Notes under the pieces: model-generated
The model's input: the letters and a program-made list of their open reading frames with translations, nothing else
Databases searched by the model: none
What the model was told of the DNA's origin: nothing
Origin: Eledone cirrhosa
Lineage: Eukaryota
NCBI GenBank assembly: GCA_964016885.1
Contig: OZ024748.1
Coordinates: 27,218,001 to 27,282,000 of the forward strand
Length of the DNA stretch: 64,000 nt
Reading direction: 5' to 3'
Translations under genes and position numbers: made by a program
Part shown: positions 49,350 to 62,542 of the stretch, in pieces
Numbering within the stretch: position 1 is the first letter of the stretch
Layout: each line of letters opens with the position of its first letter

Positions 49350-49950
49350 TGAGGGTCGGCTGAAACGTTCATAGACTAACCAAGATACTCTCATGCAATG
49401 TGACCACATGAGCTATATTTTTCAACATAGTCCCCTTTGTGGTCCAACACCTCTTACATTGGTATTGTAGTGCTTGGATCCCATTGGTGAAGAAGCTTTT
49501 ACCTGTTGGTCAAAAAAGTCATCAACAGCAGATATAACGTCATCATCTCTGCGATACTGGTTCTCAGCCAAGTGTTTTTTCATGTTTGAGAACATGATAG
49601 TCAGATGGGGGCAAATTAGAAGAATAAGGAAGGGGATTAACCAGTTCAAAGCTACAGTCATGCACAACAGCCTTTGAAACCAAGGACTTGTGTCCTGAAG
49701 TAACAAAACCCCTTTTGTCAGTTTTTCTTGATAGCTTTTCGTAACTGGCCCAGCATTGACAGTATGGCCCTTTTGAAGATGGTCAATAAACTCAATGCCT
49801 TTTGTATCCCCCAAAACTGAGGCTGTCATCTTTCCTGCAGATGAAATGACCTTGGCCTTCTTTGGAGCAGAGGAGGAGACATGTTTCCACTGCATGGATT
49901 GTCTCTTTGTCCTTGGCTCAAAATGATGAATCCAACACTCATTTTGGATT
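49350..49950 (-). mobile_element. mariner transposase relic (3' half and one TIR)
   Basis: WIHHFEPRTKRQSMQWKH...PKKAK...SAGKMTASV...GIEFIDHLQKGHTVNA, end GDYVEK; TA-(t)GAGGGTCGGCTGAAA terminus. Confidence 0.85.
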
Positions 49951-51169
49951 AGAAAAGGATGAAACATTGGCCTTGACAAAGGCTGCTGTCGACATGCCGC
50001 CTCGGTCAGCCCCAGAGTTGGGGAGGGCGAGTGCCTGGTTGTCATCAGCCTGGGTGCTAGGCTCAACTGTATGTGGATGGAAGGGAGAGTGCTGATATGA
50101 GTGAGGCCTCATAGCTCACCTACACCAGATCTGGAGTCAACAGAAGACAAAACCCTGAAAGCATGTGTTGTTGTTGTTGTTGTCACTGCTGCTGTCGTTG
50201 CCTTCTTCTTGTTAATGGTAGTGGTAGTTGATCGATACCTATTTCGGCTGCCAGGCTGGCTGCTGTGGCTTGAATGCCTTCTTTCACCGAAGATTGTTGC
50301 TGTCATTGCCTTCGTCTTATTAATGGTAGTGATAATTGTTGGTGCTACCTATTTTGGCTGTCAAGCTGACTGCTGAATCAACTTCTGAGAGTGAAGCTCC
50401 CATGGTCTTCTTGACTTTCGGCATTTTGCAATTTGGTGAAATTCTGATAAATTTTACACCACTTATTTCTTCTCGGAAACGATTTGCCCCATACATTCAG
50501 ACAGAATAGATTTAGCTAGAATCTAGTAGATTTAAGAATATGTTAGAACTGATGTAACAACGTGGTAAATGTTTAAGATAAACATTCATTATAAACTAAC
50601 CTTAATCTTCTTTTTAAATCAAGAGGATTGGTATCTGTTGCAAGCAAATTTCCTTCATCGACATGTTTGGGACATAACTTAATAAAGGTTATACAGCAAC
50701 AACTTGATTTTGTACCAGTTTCTTGTCAGGTCAGCTGACTTAGTACACATGACCTGTTGTTTTTTTTTTACATTTTCATTCACTTTCTGTTTGATTGTTC
50801 CTGGTATGTTTAAAGTTTGTTTAATATTTCACCCCTACCACACTCCCATCCTTCTTTTATTGTATTATTGGGCTTCTCTCACACATACAGTTCTGGTTTT
50901 TAATATTAAGTAGGAGTGGTCTTATTGAAATACATAGTCTCATTGTTGTGTTTAAGATGTACTTATGATCTGTTAATTTATATAGTCTAACAACAATGGC
51001 TGAGGTGATGAATATATGGCTCAGTGATTCCCCCTGCAATGTCAAGGTTGTGAGTTTCTTGTCACTGCCAGTCAGCTTGAGCAAGTGTCTTTTAGCCACA
51101 GTCATTTGGCTTTGGAATTACATTAAGGGTACACTTGTCTGTGGAATACTCAGCCACTTAACACATTAA

Positions 51170-53200
51170 TTTTCATCAAGTGTAAATTGGAGATCACCGT
51201 TTATCAAGTTAAGAAACCCCATGTCATCTGCAAATTCCAGCCGACTAATTTTACACTGCTAGTCATGATACCACTTCCAACCCAGCTGCGCATGTTAATC
51301 CTGTTCATGTAAATAATGAACAGGAGAGGTGACAGTACGCACCCTTGGTGGAGTCCAACTCCACCATTTAGCATTTATACAAACTCAAATTCTTGGGCAT
51401 TGATATAGAGACATCAGGGCAGCAAGAAGCTGACTATCGATTCCACACTCCTGCAGAACCTTCTACAGTAGGTCCCGAGGAACGTTTTGAGGTCTACAAA
51501 GCTAGAATATACCTCTTGGCAATACTCCCACAATTTCTTGAAGACCTACCATGGTGTGAATATTTGGTCAGCTGTGTTCCGTCAAGGGCAAAAACCACAC
51601 TGTTCATCAGACACTTAGCATAGAATTTTCCGGGGAGGCTTAATGAGGAGAACCCTCTTCTTGCCTCCCTTGTGATTATCACTCCCGATTGCCATTGCTT
51701 AGGTGCCTTTCCAGAGGTCCAGGACACCCGGCACACATGTCAGCCAGAGAATACTTTCTCTATTTAACATCTTCGGCTGGATTTCATCTTTCCTAGCGGC
51801 CTTGTCACATTTGAGCTCTTTAACTGCTCTTGTGATTAATCTCTCTTTCGATTGAGTTCAGGAGTTCTGCAAATTATTCTCTCCACCTTGTGAGGATGTA
51901 CCTCTCTGAAGAGAGGAGAACCCTTGGCACATTCCGATAGCAGGTGAGGATGAGGGCTTCTTATTACAAAGTCAGCGGATGGTCTACCATAACACTTTAT
52001 TTACTGATCTGAAGTCAGATTCCAGCTTAACCCCAAAGTCCTCCCATGTCTTAACTTTGGGCGTCTTTTCTGTCCCTGCTGTGATACTTTGTGCTTGCTT
52101 GTACTGCAAGTGCAAGAAGGAGGAATTATTTCCAAGCTAAGCTTTGTAGGCCTCCTTCTTTGCTCAGATGGCATCTTTGACCTTTTGATTGAACCAAGGA
52201 GTCTTCCTGCCATCCGACACCACACCAAGCCTGCAGCTATTAACAGCTGAAGCAGAAACTGCAGCACTGAACAATCTCCACTCTGTCTCAATGTCCTCAG
52301 TTTGCTCAGGGAATTCTCTGAATATGGGTGCAATAGTATCTACATACCTGGTCCTGACTTCCTTATCCGCCAACACTTCCCACTTTATCTTGCTGGTTGC
52401 CATGGACTTGTCAGTCTTGTGGGCTTCTTTAGCTTTAGGTAGTCTCACGTTGCAGATAACCAGATGGTGATCAGTTGACAACTCAGCCCTCTCTTAACAC
52501 AAACATCCACCACAGAATCAAAGAGATCAGAGACAATAACAAATTTGATTATTGATTTCTGTCACTGATTCCTCTTATACCATATATATTTATGGATGTC
52601 GCTGTGCTGGAAGAAAGTGTTCATAATAGAGAGTCCATTGCTAGAACAGAAGTCTAGTAAAGCCTCTCCATTCTTATTGAGATTGGGATCACCATTCCTT
52701 CCAATCACTCTTTCCATGTCAGGTCATCAGTGCCAACATGTGCATTGAAGTCTCCCATCAGGATATATGACTCAGTCTTAACTACATCTAATGCTGCAAT
52801 GACTTCATCAAGGAAGGATCTGTGGACTCCTTGTTTGGTGCATAAACTTGCACCACCCACAGAGACCTATCTTTCAACCTAAACTTCAAGAGGCAAATCC
52901 TCCATCCAGTCCATAACACATTCTGACAGCCGGAGTCTTGTGAGTATCCCTGCTCTCATCTGTGCAGCCATTTGTGGCTCCACACCTGAATAGTGGAGTT
53001 TTCATACTCCATCCAAATCTACAGAATCAGATCCACAGAACTTTGCTGAGCACCTAGCCTTCTCCATTAGTTCCTGCTCTTTACCTTTAAGAGTTGTGAT
53101 GATCAAGGTTTGCTCCCTTCTGAAGCCTCTTTGGGGTCTCAGGATATGCTATCTTTGTGTGTCCGTGCCATACCTCCCAGGCCAGGTTGCAGGCCCATCT
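51170..53200 (-). mobile_element. Heavily decayed RTE-like LINE (APE + RT)
   Basis: Minus-strand fragments GDFNAHVG, STDHHLV, TPWFNQKVK, SLSLPGKFYAKCL, LHQGCVLSPLLFIIYM, FADD near 51225. Confidence 0.8.
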
Positions 53201-55477
53201 CTGGTTTTTGTAGCATGAAATGGAGACTTCAATGTATTTTTCGAACAAGCCCCTCTACCTAAGGCCTGAACACATCCCATGTTAACCTACATGAAGGACG
53301 ATGCAGTATGGCTCTTTTTCGTACTTCTCACCATATTGCAGTTTTAGTGGTCTTATTTATGCCAGTCACAAATCCGGTACTTCCTCAAACCGCGAATATA
53401 TATATATATAATAATTGTTTCTACTTTTGGCACAAGGCCAGCAATTATCCCAGTGTATTACTGGTACTTTATTTTATCGACCCCATAAGGATGAAAGGCA
53501 AAGTTAACCTTGGCGGGATTTGAACTCAGACAGTAAAGGACCATAACTCAATGCTGCAAAGTATCTAACGATACTGCCAATCCACCACCCTATATCATCA
53601 TCATCATCATCATCATTTTACGTCCACTTTTCCCTGCTTGCAAGGGTGGGACGGGAACTGATTCTGGCTTGATTTCTACAGCTGGATGCCCTTCCTAACA
53701 CCAACCTCATTTACAGTGAGTGCTGGGTGCTTTTTTGCCGTGGCACCTCCACGACCACTTTGCAGTGGAATGATATGGACCCCAGTCCCTGTCATCTCAT
53801 TTCTACAGCTGAGTCATATATATATATATAATAAAAATAAGAGGTTAATGGGACTAGCATAAGGTTTCCTTGCTAAATACCGGTTGCATATATATGGTTG
53901 TCTACTTGCTAGAAATGGTAGCCAAATTTCCTCAAATCATACCCTGACGTAGAACTGATTGGACATTGCTGTCATGGGTGGGGGGGATTAGACAGAATTG
54001 TCATGATTGGAATGTCTTCGATCTGATGTCTGCTGTGCTGTGGTTGACTTAGAGCTAAACAACACCTGATCTCTATTCCGTGGGAAAATCTGCAGTTGTA
54101 ATAGCTATTAATCTGAGAACATGTCATTTGTTATATTTCTAGACTTCCCCCACTTCCCACACACCACCATCCTCTCATGTCTTAGCCATGGATGGTGGTG
54201 GTGGAGTGTACATATAGTGGGAGGAGGGAGTGGGTGTGTATCTGTGTGTGAAGTAGCTTGTAAGTTGGGGCTGAAACACTTATAAACTATTACAAATATG
54301 TGGTTGACTTATGAAACACAGGGAAAATTGAAAATACTGGCAGCACAACACAGATAACTATAATAATAGTTGATAACTATAAATGATAGTTGAACAAATT
54401 GGGTAAAGTACTCTTTGAGATGGAAAAAAATGAACAGAGATGATATTGAGTCAACTATTATTATTGTTACCTGCATTGTGGCAACTATATTTTCAGATTT
54501 CTTATTTCACATACATAAACGCACAGTTTTAAAAAAAAAAATATTATTTTTCCCTTCTCTGACTAAACAATATCATCATCATCAACATATGGTCATTTTA
54601 CATGTTGGACAGGTTATTATGGAGACAAGGCATGGCCGGATCTTGAAGTAGTTATCTGACCATGTCTTGGATGGTGACGATCCATCAAACCCATGATGAC
54701 AGTATTGAAGTGGACCTATGATGATGATCATCATTTAACATCCATTGTCCCTTCTAGTAAAGGTTGGATAGGTTAGTGAAGGAAGGGAAGGGCTGACAGT
54801 CCATTTCAGGGCTTCTGAAACTGCTGGGGTGGTATAGAGGGAGGAAAGTACCCTGAAAGCAGAGGTCTAGCAGGCATCAATGGTGGGGGGAAGGAGATGG
54901 AAGGAGGAAGATACCTTTGAACCAGATGTCTAGTTGGTCCCAATGATTGCTGAGACTGGTGTGGGTGAGGAGGGAGGTACCCTCAAACCAGAGGCCTCAA
55001 TGGTTACAGCAGAGTAAACTTTGCTGAAGGCATGCAAGAGCCAAGTAGTAGAGTTAAAGCAGGTGACATATTAAGTCTACCACTCATGTAGGACCACAGC
55101 AGGATTTTAACATAGAACACATCTGAGCTGATGCCCTATCACATGCACTAATACACCAACTTGCTCCGGTACACCTTATTTCATCGACCCCTGAAAGTAT
55201 GCAAAGCAAAGTTGATCTTGGTAGGATTTGAACTCAGGGCGTAGAGAGCTAGAACAAATATTTCAAAGTATTATGAAAAAAATAGCTCAAAACAGAATTT
55301 GTCTGATTCTCAACCAATTTTGTAATAAGGTAGTTATGTTCTCAAGTAGTTCACTTACCTATCTTCTCCCAACCCTCTCTTTTGCCCCCCACCCCTCTGT
55401 ATCCTAATCTCTTTTGAGGTTTTGAGGTCATGTTACTACATTTAGTTATGGGTCAGTTTTATATGTATATGTATATG

Positions 55478-55517
<40 letters not shown>

Positions 55518-55609
55518 GAGAATTACACATACAGAAACACACGCCATTACATTAGTTATAGGTCAGTGTGTGGAAAATTACACATGCAGATATTCACACA
55601 CACACTCAT

Positions 55610-55681
<72 letters not shown>

Positions 55682-55684
55682 TCA

Positions 55685-55733
<49 letters not shown>

Positions 55734-56329
55734 CATTAGTTATGGGTCAGGTGTGTGGAAAATTACACATGCAGATATTCACACACACACTCATGCACAC
55801 ACACACACACACACTCACACACACTCACACTACATTAGTTATGGGTCAGGTGTGTGTGTGTGAAGAATCAGTGATAGATAATTGTGTGTTATTGATATTT
55901 CTCTTCTCTTGTTGCTATCATACATAAACACAAAGACACACACATACGCATACATAAACATGTGCAGACACAGATGTACACATACAGACATACCCATGCA
56001 CACACACACACACAGACACACTCACAAACATACACTGATATTCAAAAAACCTACTTCAAGATAAAATGATTAAGTTCTTTTTTGTGTTGTTGTTGATGTG
56101 GTTGTTATGGAGGTTTAAAAATCCTGTAGATAATAGTATATAAATTATGATTGAGCCAAGATATACCTGATGGGAGTGGAATCATGTAGGGTAGCATAGA
56201 CTAGATATTCCTGTTTGGGTTTGAGAAGTATGGGGTAGCGTAGATGGAGAGGTCACTTTTTTCATTTTCTTACCCCATATGCTGTATTCACACACACATT
56301 TGCATAACCATATGTGTATATAATAAAGA

Positions 56330-56600
56330 AGAAATTAAAAAAAAGATAGTTAAAAAAGTTCCATATATTTTATTAAGCGCATTTCGAAAACAACATCATC
56401 CTGGGATAAACATTGTGTTCTCATTTTTGTCCCAGGATGATGATGTTTTCGAAATGCGCATAATAAAATATATGGAACTTTTTTAACCATCTTTTAATTT
56501 CTTCTTTAATATATACTCCAGTTCTACCAACTGTTGAGTGCTACTTATTGGATATATGCATAGTTTTATTGTTCTACAATAATACTCACCTTCTACATGT
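56330..56600 (+). mobile_element. Fold-back fragment of the 40795-41690 Penelope-like family
   Basis: Same gaaatgcgcataataaaat...atactccag...ctcacct(t)ctaca end; 5' part inverted, break inside stem II so CUGANGA is missing. Confidence 0.75.
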
Positions 56601-59039
56601 GTATATAATTGTTTCTACTTTAGGCACAAGGCCAGCAATTATCTCAGTGTATTACTGGTACTTTATTTTGTCGACCCCGTAAGGATGAACGGCAAAGTTA
56701 ACCTCGGTGTATATAATATATATATATATCATCATCACTGTTTAACGTCTATTTTTCCCATGCTTGCATGGGTTAGGTGGGTCGTCCATGATATGAGGCA
56801 AGTCTGGCCAGTTGGCCACACCGTACCTTGCTCAAACAGAACTGCACTTTGGCTTGTTTTTTTTTTTTACAGCTGGATGCTGTTGCTAACACCAACCACG
56901 TTTATATATATATATATATATATATATCATCATCATCATCATCATCATCATTTAACATTCATTTTTCCATGGTTGCATGGGTTTGATGGGTTGTCACATT
57001 ATTAGATAAATCAAGTTAGGTGACCATGTCTTGCTCATACAGATCTGTAATTTGGTTTTGTTTCTATGGCTGGATGCCCTTCCTAATGCAAACCATGTTA
57101 TAGTGTGGGCTGGATGCTTTTTATCGTGGCACCTACATTAGCACCTTACAGGGTGGACTGGTTGCTTTTTGTCATGTAACCAACACGACCATTTTACAGG
57201 ATGGATTGGGTGCTTTTTTTGTCTTGTCACCAGCATGATCCCTTACAGGGTAGACTGGGCATTTTTTTGTTGTGTTACCAGCACAACCACCTTACAGGAT
57301 GGACTGGGTATTATTTCTCTCTCATATCACCAGCATGACCATTTTAGAGGGTGGACTGGGTTTGTTTTTCATGCCACCAACATGATTGTCCTATATAATG
57401 TATATGTACTATGCTTTCATTAAGGTGCCAATGTAGTCTCAAGCAGATATAGACATCCTTTCTGTCGTCCTTTCTTTCATTCATCAGAATATCCACTATA
57501 ACGATATACACCCAGACATAAGATATATGCTATATATATATATATATATATATATCAAATGGGGTTAGTAGAGACCAGTACCAGGTAGCTAAGAGAGAAG
57601 CTAGACGACAAGTATACACAGCCCGGAGAGAGGCTGAAAAAAGAAAGTTTGCCAATGTCTTGAGACATGAGGACCAGAGATGTGAAGTGTTTCGCATTGC
57701 AAGGTAGTCTGTTAGTGTAAATTGAGATGTTGTTGGGGGGAAAATGTACTAAAAATGAAGCTGGTACACTTAGCACCACTGATTTCCAAAAGAAAGAGGA
57801 ATGGAAATGTTACTATATGAGAGATTGATGAATGTAGGGAATGAATGGGACAAAGAGAACCTACCCCCAACTTACCCAACAGAAGTACAAGCTATTGAAG
57901 TACAAGTTGACAGTTATAGAATCAAAGAAGCAATTAAAGAGATGAAGAATGGTAAAGCTGCGGCAACCATCAGAGATAGTTGCTGAGATGCTAAAAGCAT
58001 CAGGAGAAGTAGGAGACAAACTAGTAACCTACATAGTAAAGTGGGTAATACAGGATGGAATCATACCCAATGACTGGCACAGCAGTCATGATGATGATGA
58101 TGATGATATATATATTAATTTTAGCAAACCAGACAAATAGAATTTGTCCAAGATTGCTGTTTGCCACTCATTCCATGATTTTACAGAAATTGTATTTTGT
58201 AAATACAAATCTGTATATGAGAGTGGACACAGTTTGTTACTTAGTGGTACAAATGGTGTTGTGTGGGAAGACAATAAATCAGTGCCCCAGACCACGTGGT
58301 TTCATCACTGCACCCTGCATGCACAAGAACTGTGTTATTTCTGAAAACATCCAGAGAATTCACAAAGCTAGGAAAGGTGGAGTGAATTTTCAACAGAGTT
58401 TTAGTCTATCGAGGAGGTCTGTTTGCGACTGCAGCAGTGAGTTTAATGTAGCACCACAAGACAATGGCAGCATCATGTGACCTAAAGAGGAAGGCTGTCA
58501 GACCAAGTCAATAGAACTAATCTCACTTTTGGTGGTTAAATTAAAAAAAACTTGAAAATCACTCCAGTAGATCTCTACCAAGTATGTTTTATAAAAAAAA
58601 ACAAGCAGAAGACATAGAAATCGAATTATATATATATAACATTCAACTTACGATCATAAGGAGATCCGTTACTGGGGAGAAGTAAATATTAATTTTAACG
58701 AACCAGACAAATAGAATTCATCCATGATCTCTGTTTGCCACTCACTCCATGATTTTACAGAAATTGTATTTTGTAAATACATTACTTAGTGGTACAAACG
58801 GTATAGTGTGGGAACACAATAAGTCAGTGCATATATATATATATATATATATAATACTGTTCTATAATTTTGAGGCGAGGAATTATTTACATTATATACA
58901 TTGGACGGATAGGTGGCCTCATCTTGTTTTGTTAACACCAAAACAAGATGAGGACACCTATCCGTCCAATGTATATATATATATATATATATACAAAAAG
59001 TGGTTTCATACTGAGAAGGGTTCGTTGCGTGGAGAGTAC

Positions 59040-59640
59040 CAGGCCCCAAAACTGGGGTGCCGCTGTGGGAAGAGTTTGATGTGGCCAAATTGGCCTGTCC
59101 CTTCCCACAGTGGTGTCATCCAGTGCTGGGCTCCCAAAACTGTTCCTGCTGTGAGCCAGGTTCTCATACTATGGTTCAGCACCCTCCACATAGCAACGTC
59201 ATCCAGTATCGGGCCCCTAAACTATGGTTACACTGTGAGATGGGTTCAGCGTGGCCAACTGGCCTGTCTCTCCTCTTGTTGGTGCCAGCCGTTACTGGGC
59301 CACGACATTATGACTACACTGTGAGATGGGTTTAGGCTCCTTGTATTGGTGTCATCAAGTACTGGGCTCCAACTGGCCTCTTCACGTAGTGGTGTCATCC
59401 AAAGCCAGGCTCCCAAACTGTGGCGCCACACTTGTCTCTCCTCATCCAGTACCGGCCCCCAAAATGGTGGCTATGCTGTAAGATGAGTCAGGATCCTCGT
59501 ATCAATGCCTTCCAGTATAGGGTTCCTAAACTATGGCTCCTTTGTTAGATGGGTCAGGCTCCAAAACTGGTTCCTTTGTGAGAGAGGTTCAGCACAGCCA
59601 ACTGGCCTGTCCCTCCTCATGACAGAGCCATCCAGTCCCA
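59040..59640. repeat. Degenerate GC-richer tandem repeat (gtgtcatccagt.ctgggctcccaaac...gtgagatgggt)
   Basis: Recurrent motifs seen directly. Confidence 0.65.
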
Positions 59641-60315
59641 CACTGTAAATATGGTTGGTGTTAGGCAGGGCATCCAGCTGTAAAATACCCAACCAAATTT
59701 ATAGTCCTCACCGGAGCAAGGTGGACATGGCCAACCATGGCCAGACTTGCGTATCGGCATGGACGGCTGTCTAACCCATGCAAGCATGGAAGAATTGATG
59801 CTAAATGGAAATGATGATGAATGATGATATACATATACACATACAACATTTGCAACAATATATATTTATATGTACGTGAGTATATAAAAATTATATGTGT
59901 AATTATATATGCAAGATTATTTGTGATGCATGTGGCTTCTCCTCCTCCTTTGTTGACTCACTACATTCACCACGATCTCTCCTTTTCTATCACTTGACTC
60001 TATTGTCTTGTTTTGATCTCACCACACCGTTTAAATGTGGCTATCATTCCAGTTCATTCAGCTGGTTTGAGTTGTATTTGTCACATCATGTAATCATACC
60101 AACACAATCTTCTCTCTTGCATACTACATCTCAGTCCTCTTATCTCCAGTTTTTCTCTCAGCTCATCCATACTTTGCACACAAATATTATATATCCATTG
60201 GAGCATGCTCAGTTTGTTTCTATCTAGCCTTTGCATATCCTCTGTATTTTCATGCAACATTGCATATCACACACAGGTACCAATATCTCTCTCTCTCTCT
60301 TTCTTTTTTATTTAG

Positions 60316-60496
60316 GGGCTCCGCAATTGCCAAAATCGTTGGTGAGACATGCCGGCAGAAGCCAGACAAGTTTCAGTCAGCAGTAAACATGTATGTATAT
60401 GAAGAAATGATAGGTGAAAAGAAGCTGACTGAAATCATCAACACACAGCATGAAAATGTTAAGTACCTGCCGGGATATAAACTTCCAACAAATGTG
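60316..60496 (+). CDS. GPD1: GPD1 second coding exon (gene continues beyond window)
   Basis: tttag/gttagt; (W)[60 protein letters not shown]; phase matches exon 1 across a 16.5-kb intron. Confidence 0.95.
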
Positions 60497-60914
60497 GTTA
60501 GTATATTTTAATTGCCAGAAATTAATCAGTTACTTATTGTTATATCTTTGTGTTAATACTTTCATCTCTCTTATCACATACATAATTTGAATTTAACCCT
60601 TAACGTCCTGTACCATGTGAAACCACATGAACAAGATATTTTTTTAAAAGTGCAAAACAGCACTAGGATTGCATCACATTAAAAATTAACTTTTTAAAAT
60701 TCTAATACAGCAAATTTCCACAACAATCTGTCCATAAACATCTGAATTAAGACAACTGTTTTAAGATATTTTCTACTAAATCATGATGTGAATTTCAGAA
60801 TTATCCCCCCCACTACTTTCCCTATCAGCTTCCTCCTCATATAGTTTATTGCTATTTATATTATGTTAACATGGCCTTATTTCTGTAATTAGTTGAACAA
60901 CTCTGAGGAATGTA

Positions 60915-61810
60915 GTTGGTGGTAGTGGTGTTGGTGGTAGTGGAGGTGTTGGTGGTAGTGGTGTTGGTGGTGTAGGTGGTAGTGATGGTGGTGGGGGTGT
61001 TGGTGGTAGTGGTGGTGTTGGTGGTAGTGGTGATGGTGGTGTAGGTGGTAGTGATGTTGGTGGTAGTGGTGTTGGTGGTGTAGATGGTAGTGGTGTTGGT
61101 GGTGTAGGTGGTAGTGATGTTGGTGGTAGTGTTGGTGGTGGTGGGGGTGGGGGTGGTAGTGGTGTTGGTGGTGTAGGTGGTAGTGATGTTGGTGGTAGTG
61201 TTGGTGGTGGTGGGGGTGTTGGTGGTAGTGGTGTTGCTGGTGTAGGTGGTAGTGATGTTGGTGGTAGTGGTGTTGGTGGTGTAGATGGTAGTGGTGTTGG
61301 TGGTGTAGGTGGTAGTGATGTTGGTGGTAGTGTTGGTGGTGGTGGGGGTGTTGGTGGTAGTGGTGTAGGTGGTGGTAGTGGTGTAGGTGGTAGTGGTGGT
61401 GTAGGTGGTAGTGGTGGTGTTGGTGGTAGTGGTGTTGGTGGTAGTAGTGGTATTGGTAGTAGTGGTGTTAGTGGTAGTGGTGGTGTTGCTAGTTGTGGTG
61501 TAGGTGGTAGTGGTGTTGGTGGTAGCGGCGGTGTTGATGGTGTTGTTGGTGGTAGTGATAGCAGTGGTGTTGGTGGTAGTGGTGTTAGTAGTGGTAGTGA
61601 TAGTAGTGGTGTTGGTGTTGGTGGTAGTGTTGTATGTTGTGGTGGTGTTGATGGTAGTGACTGATGGTAGTGTTGTATGTTGTGGAGCTGTTGGTGGTTG
61701 GTTTATGTTGTAATGGTGTTGGTGGTGTTGTATGTTGTGGTGGTGTTGGTGGTAGTGTCGACATTGGTGGTAGTATTTATGTTAGTGTTGTGTGTGATAG
61801 TGTTGGTGGT
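60915..61810. repeat. (GGT/GTA/GTT)n low-complexity repeat
   Basis: Seen directly. Confidence 0.92.
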
Positions 61811-61899
61811 ACTTGGCACTATTATGTTTTCTTTTTACTGCTAGATAAACAATTAACTCTCTGTATGTGTCTGTATATGTATATATTATGTGTGTGTGT

Positions 61900-62330
61900 A
61901 GGTTTTAAGTACTTCTCACTTTGGACAAGTCTTTATATTCATATAGAAAACAATTTTCACCTGTCAATTCCATTGGTTGCCTCAGGTAATGAGGGTTTTG
62001 GTAGTTCATGAGTTTAATAGAAGAGTTCCACACATGGGGAGATTACTCATGATTTATATATGATACCTGTGTTTTATTTTTAAGGAAGATGTCTGTAGTG
62101 TTAAATACATGTTTGGTAGGTTTAGTATTTTATATTCCTCTATGATACACAGATGGCATCTGTTGTAATTGCCATTGTATGGTTTAATGTTTTCAATGAT
62201 ACTCCATTTTCCAGTGGTATTGTAAACTTTTCTGTCTTTATGATTCCATATATATTGTGACAGTGATATGGAGATACTTTTTAATCTCCTCCAGGGTGGA
62301 ACTCTTCTCTCAAATTCATGAACCATATGA
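61900..62330 (-). mobile_element. Penelope-like element 3' relic (GIY-YIG endonuclease C-terminus and terminal repeat)
   Basis: SLSQYIWNHKDRK...KWSIIENIKPYNGNYNRCHLCIIEEYKIL matches the LS.YIW.LK...W.I....PY......C.LC..E...I pattern of Penelope GIY-YIG domains. Confidence 0.75.
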
Positions 62331-62509
62331 CCAGAGATATTGTCCCAATGGCATCATGAAAGTTTTCATTCAAAATTGTCACCTGAATGAACATGAAGAA
62401 AGTGAAACTGTGAGTAATGCTGGAGAGAAGTACCGGTTGTTACAATTAATAATTACACTCTACAATATGCATTGAGTAATTTTTCTCATGTTAGTGAAAT
62501 ATATATATA

Positions 62510-62542
<33 letters not shown>

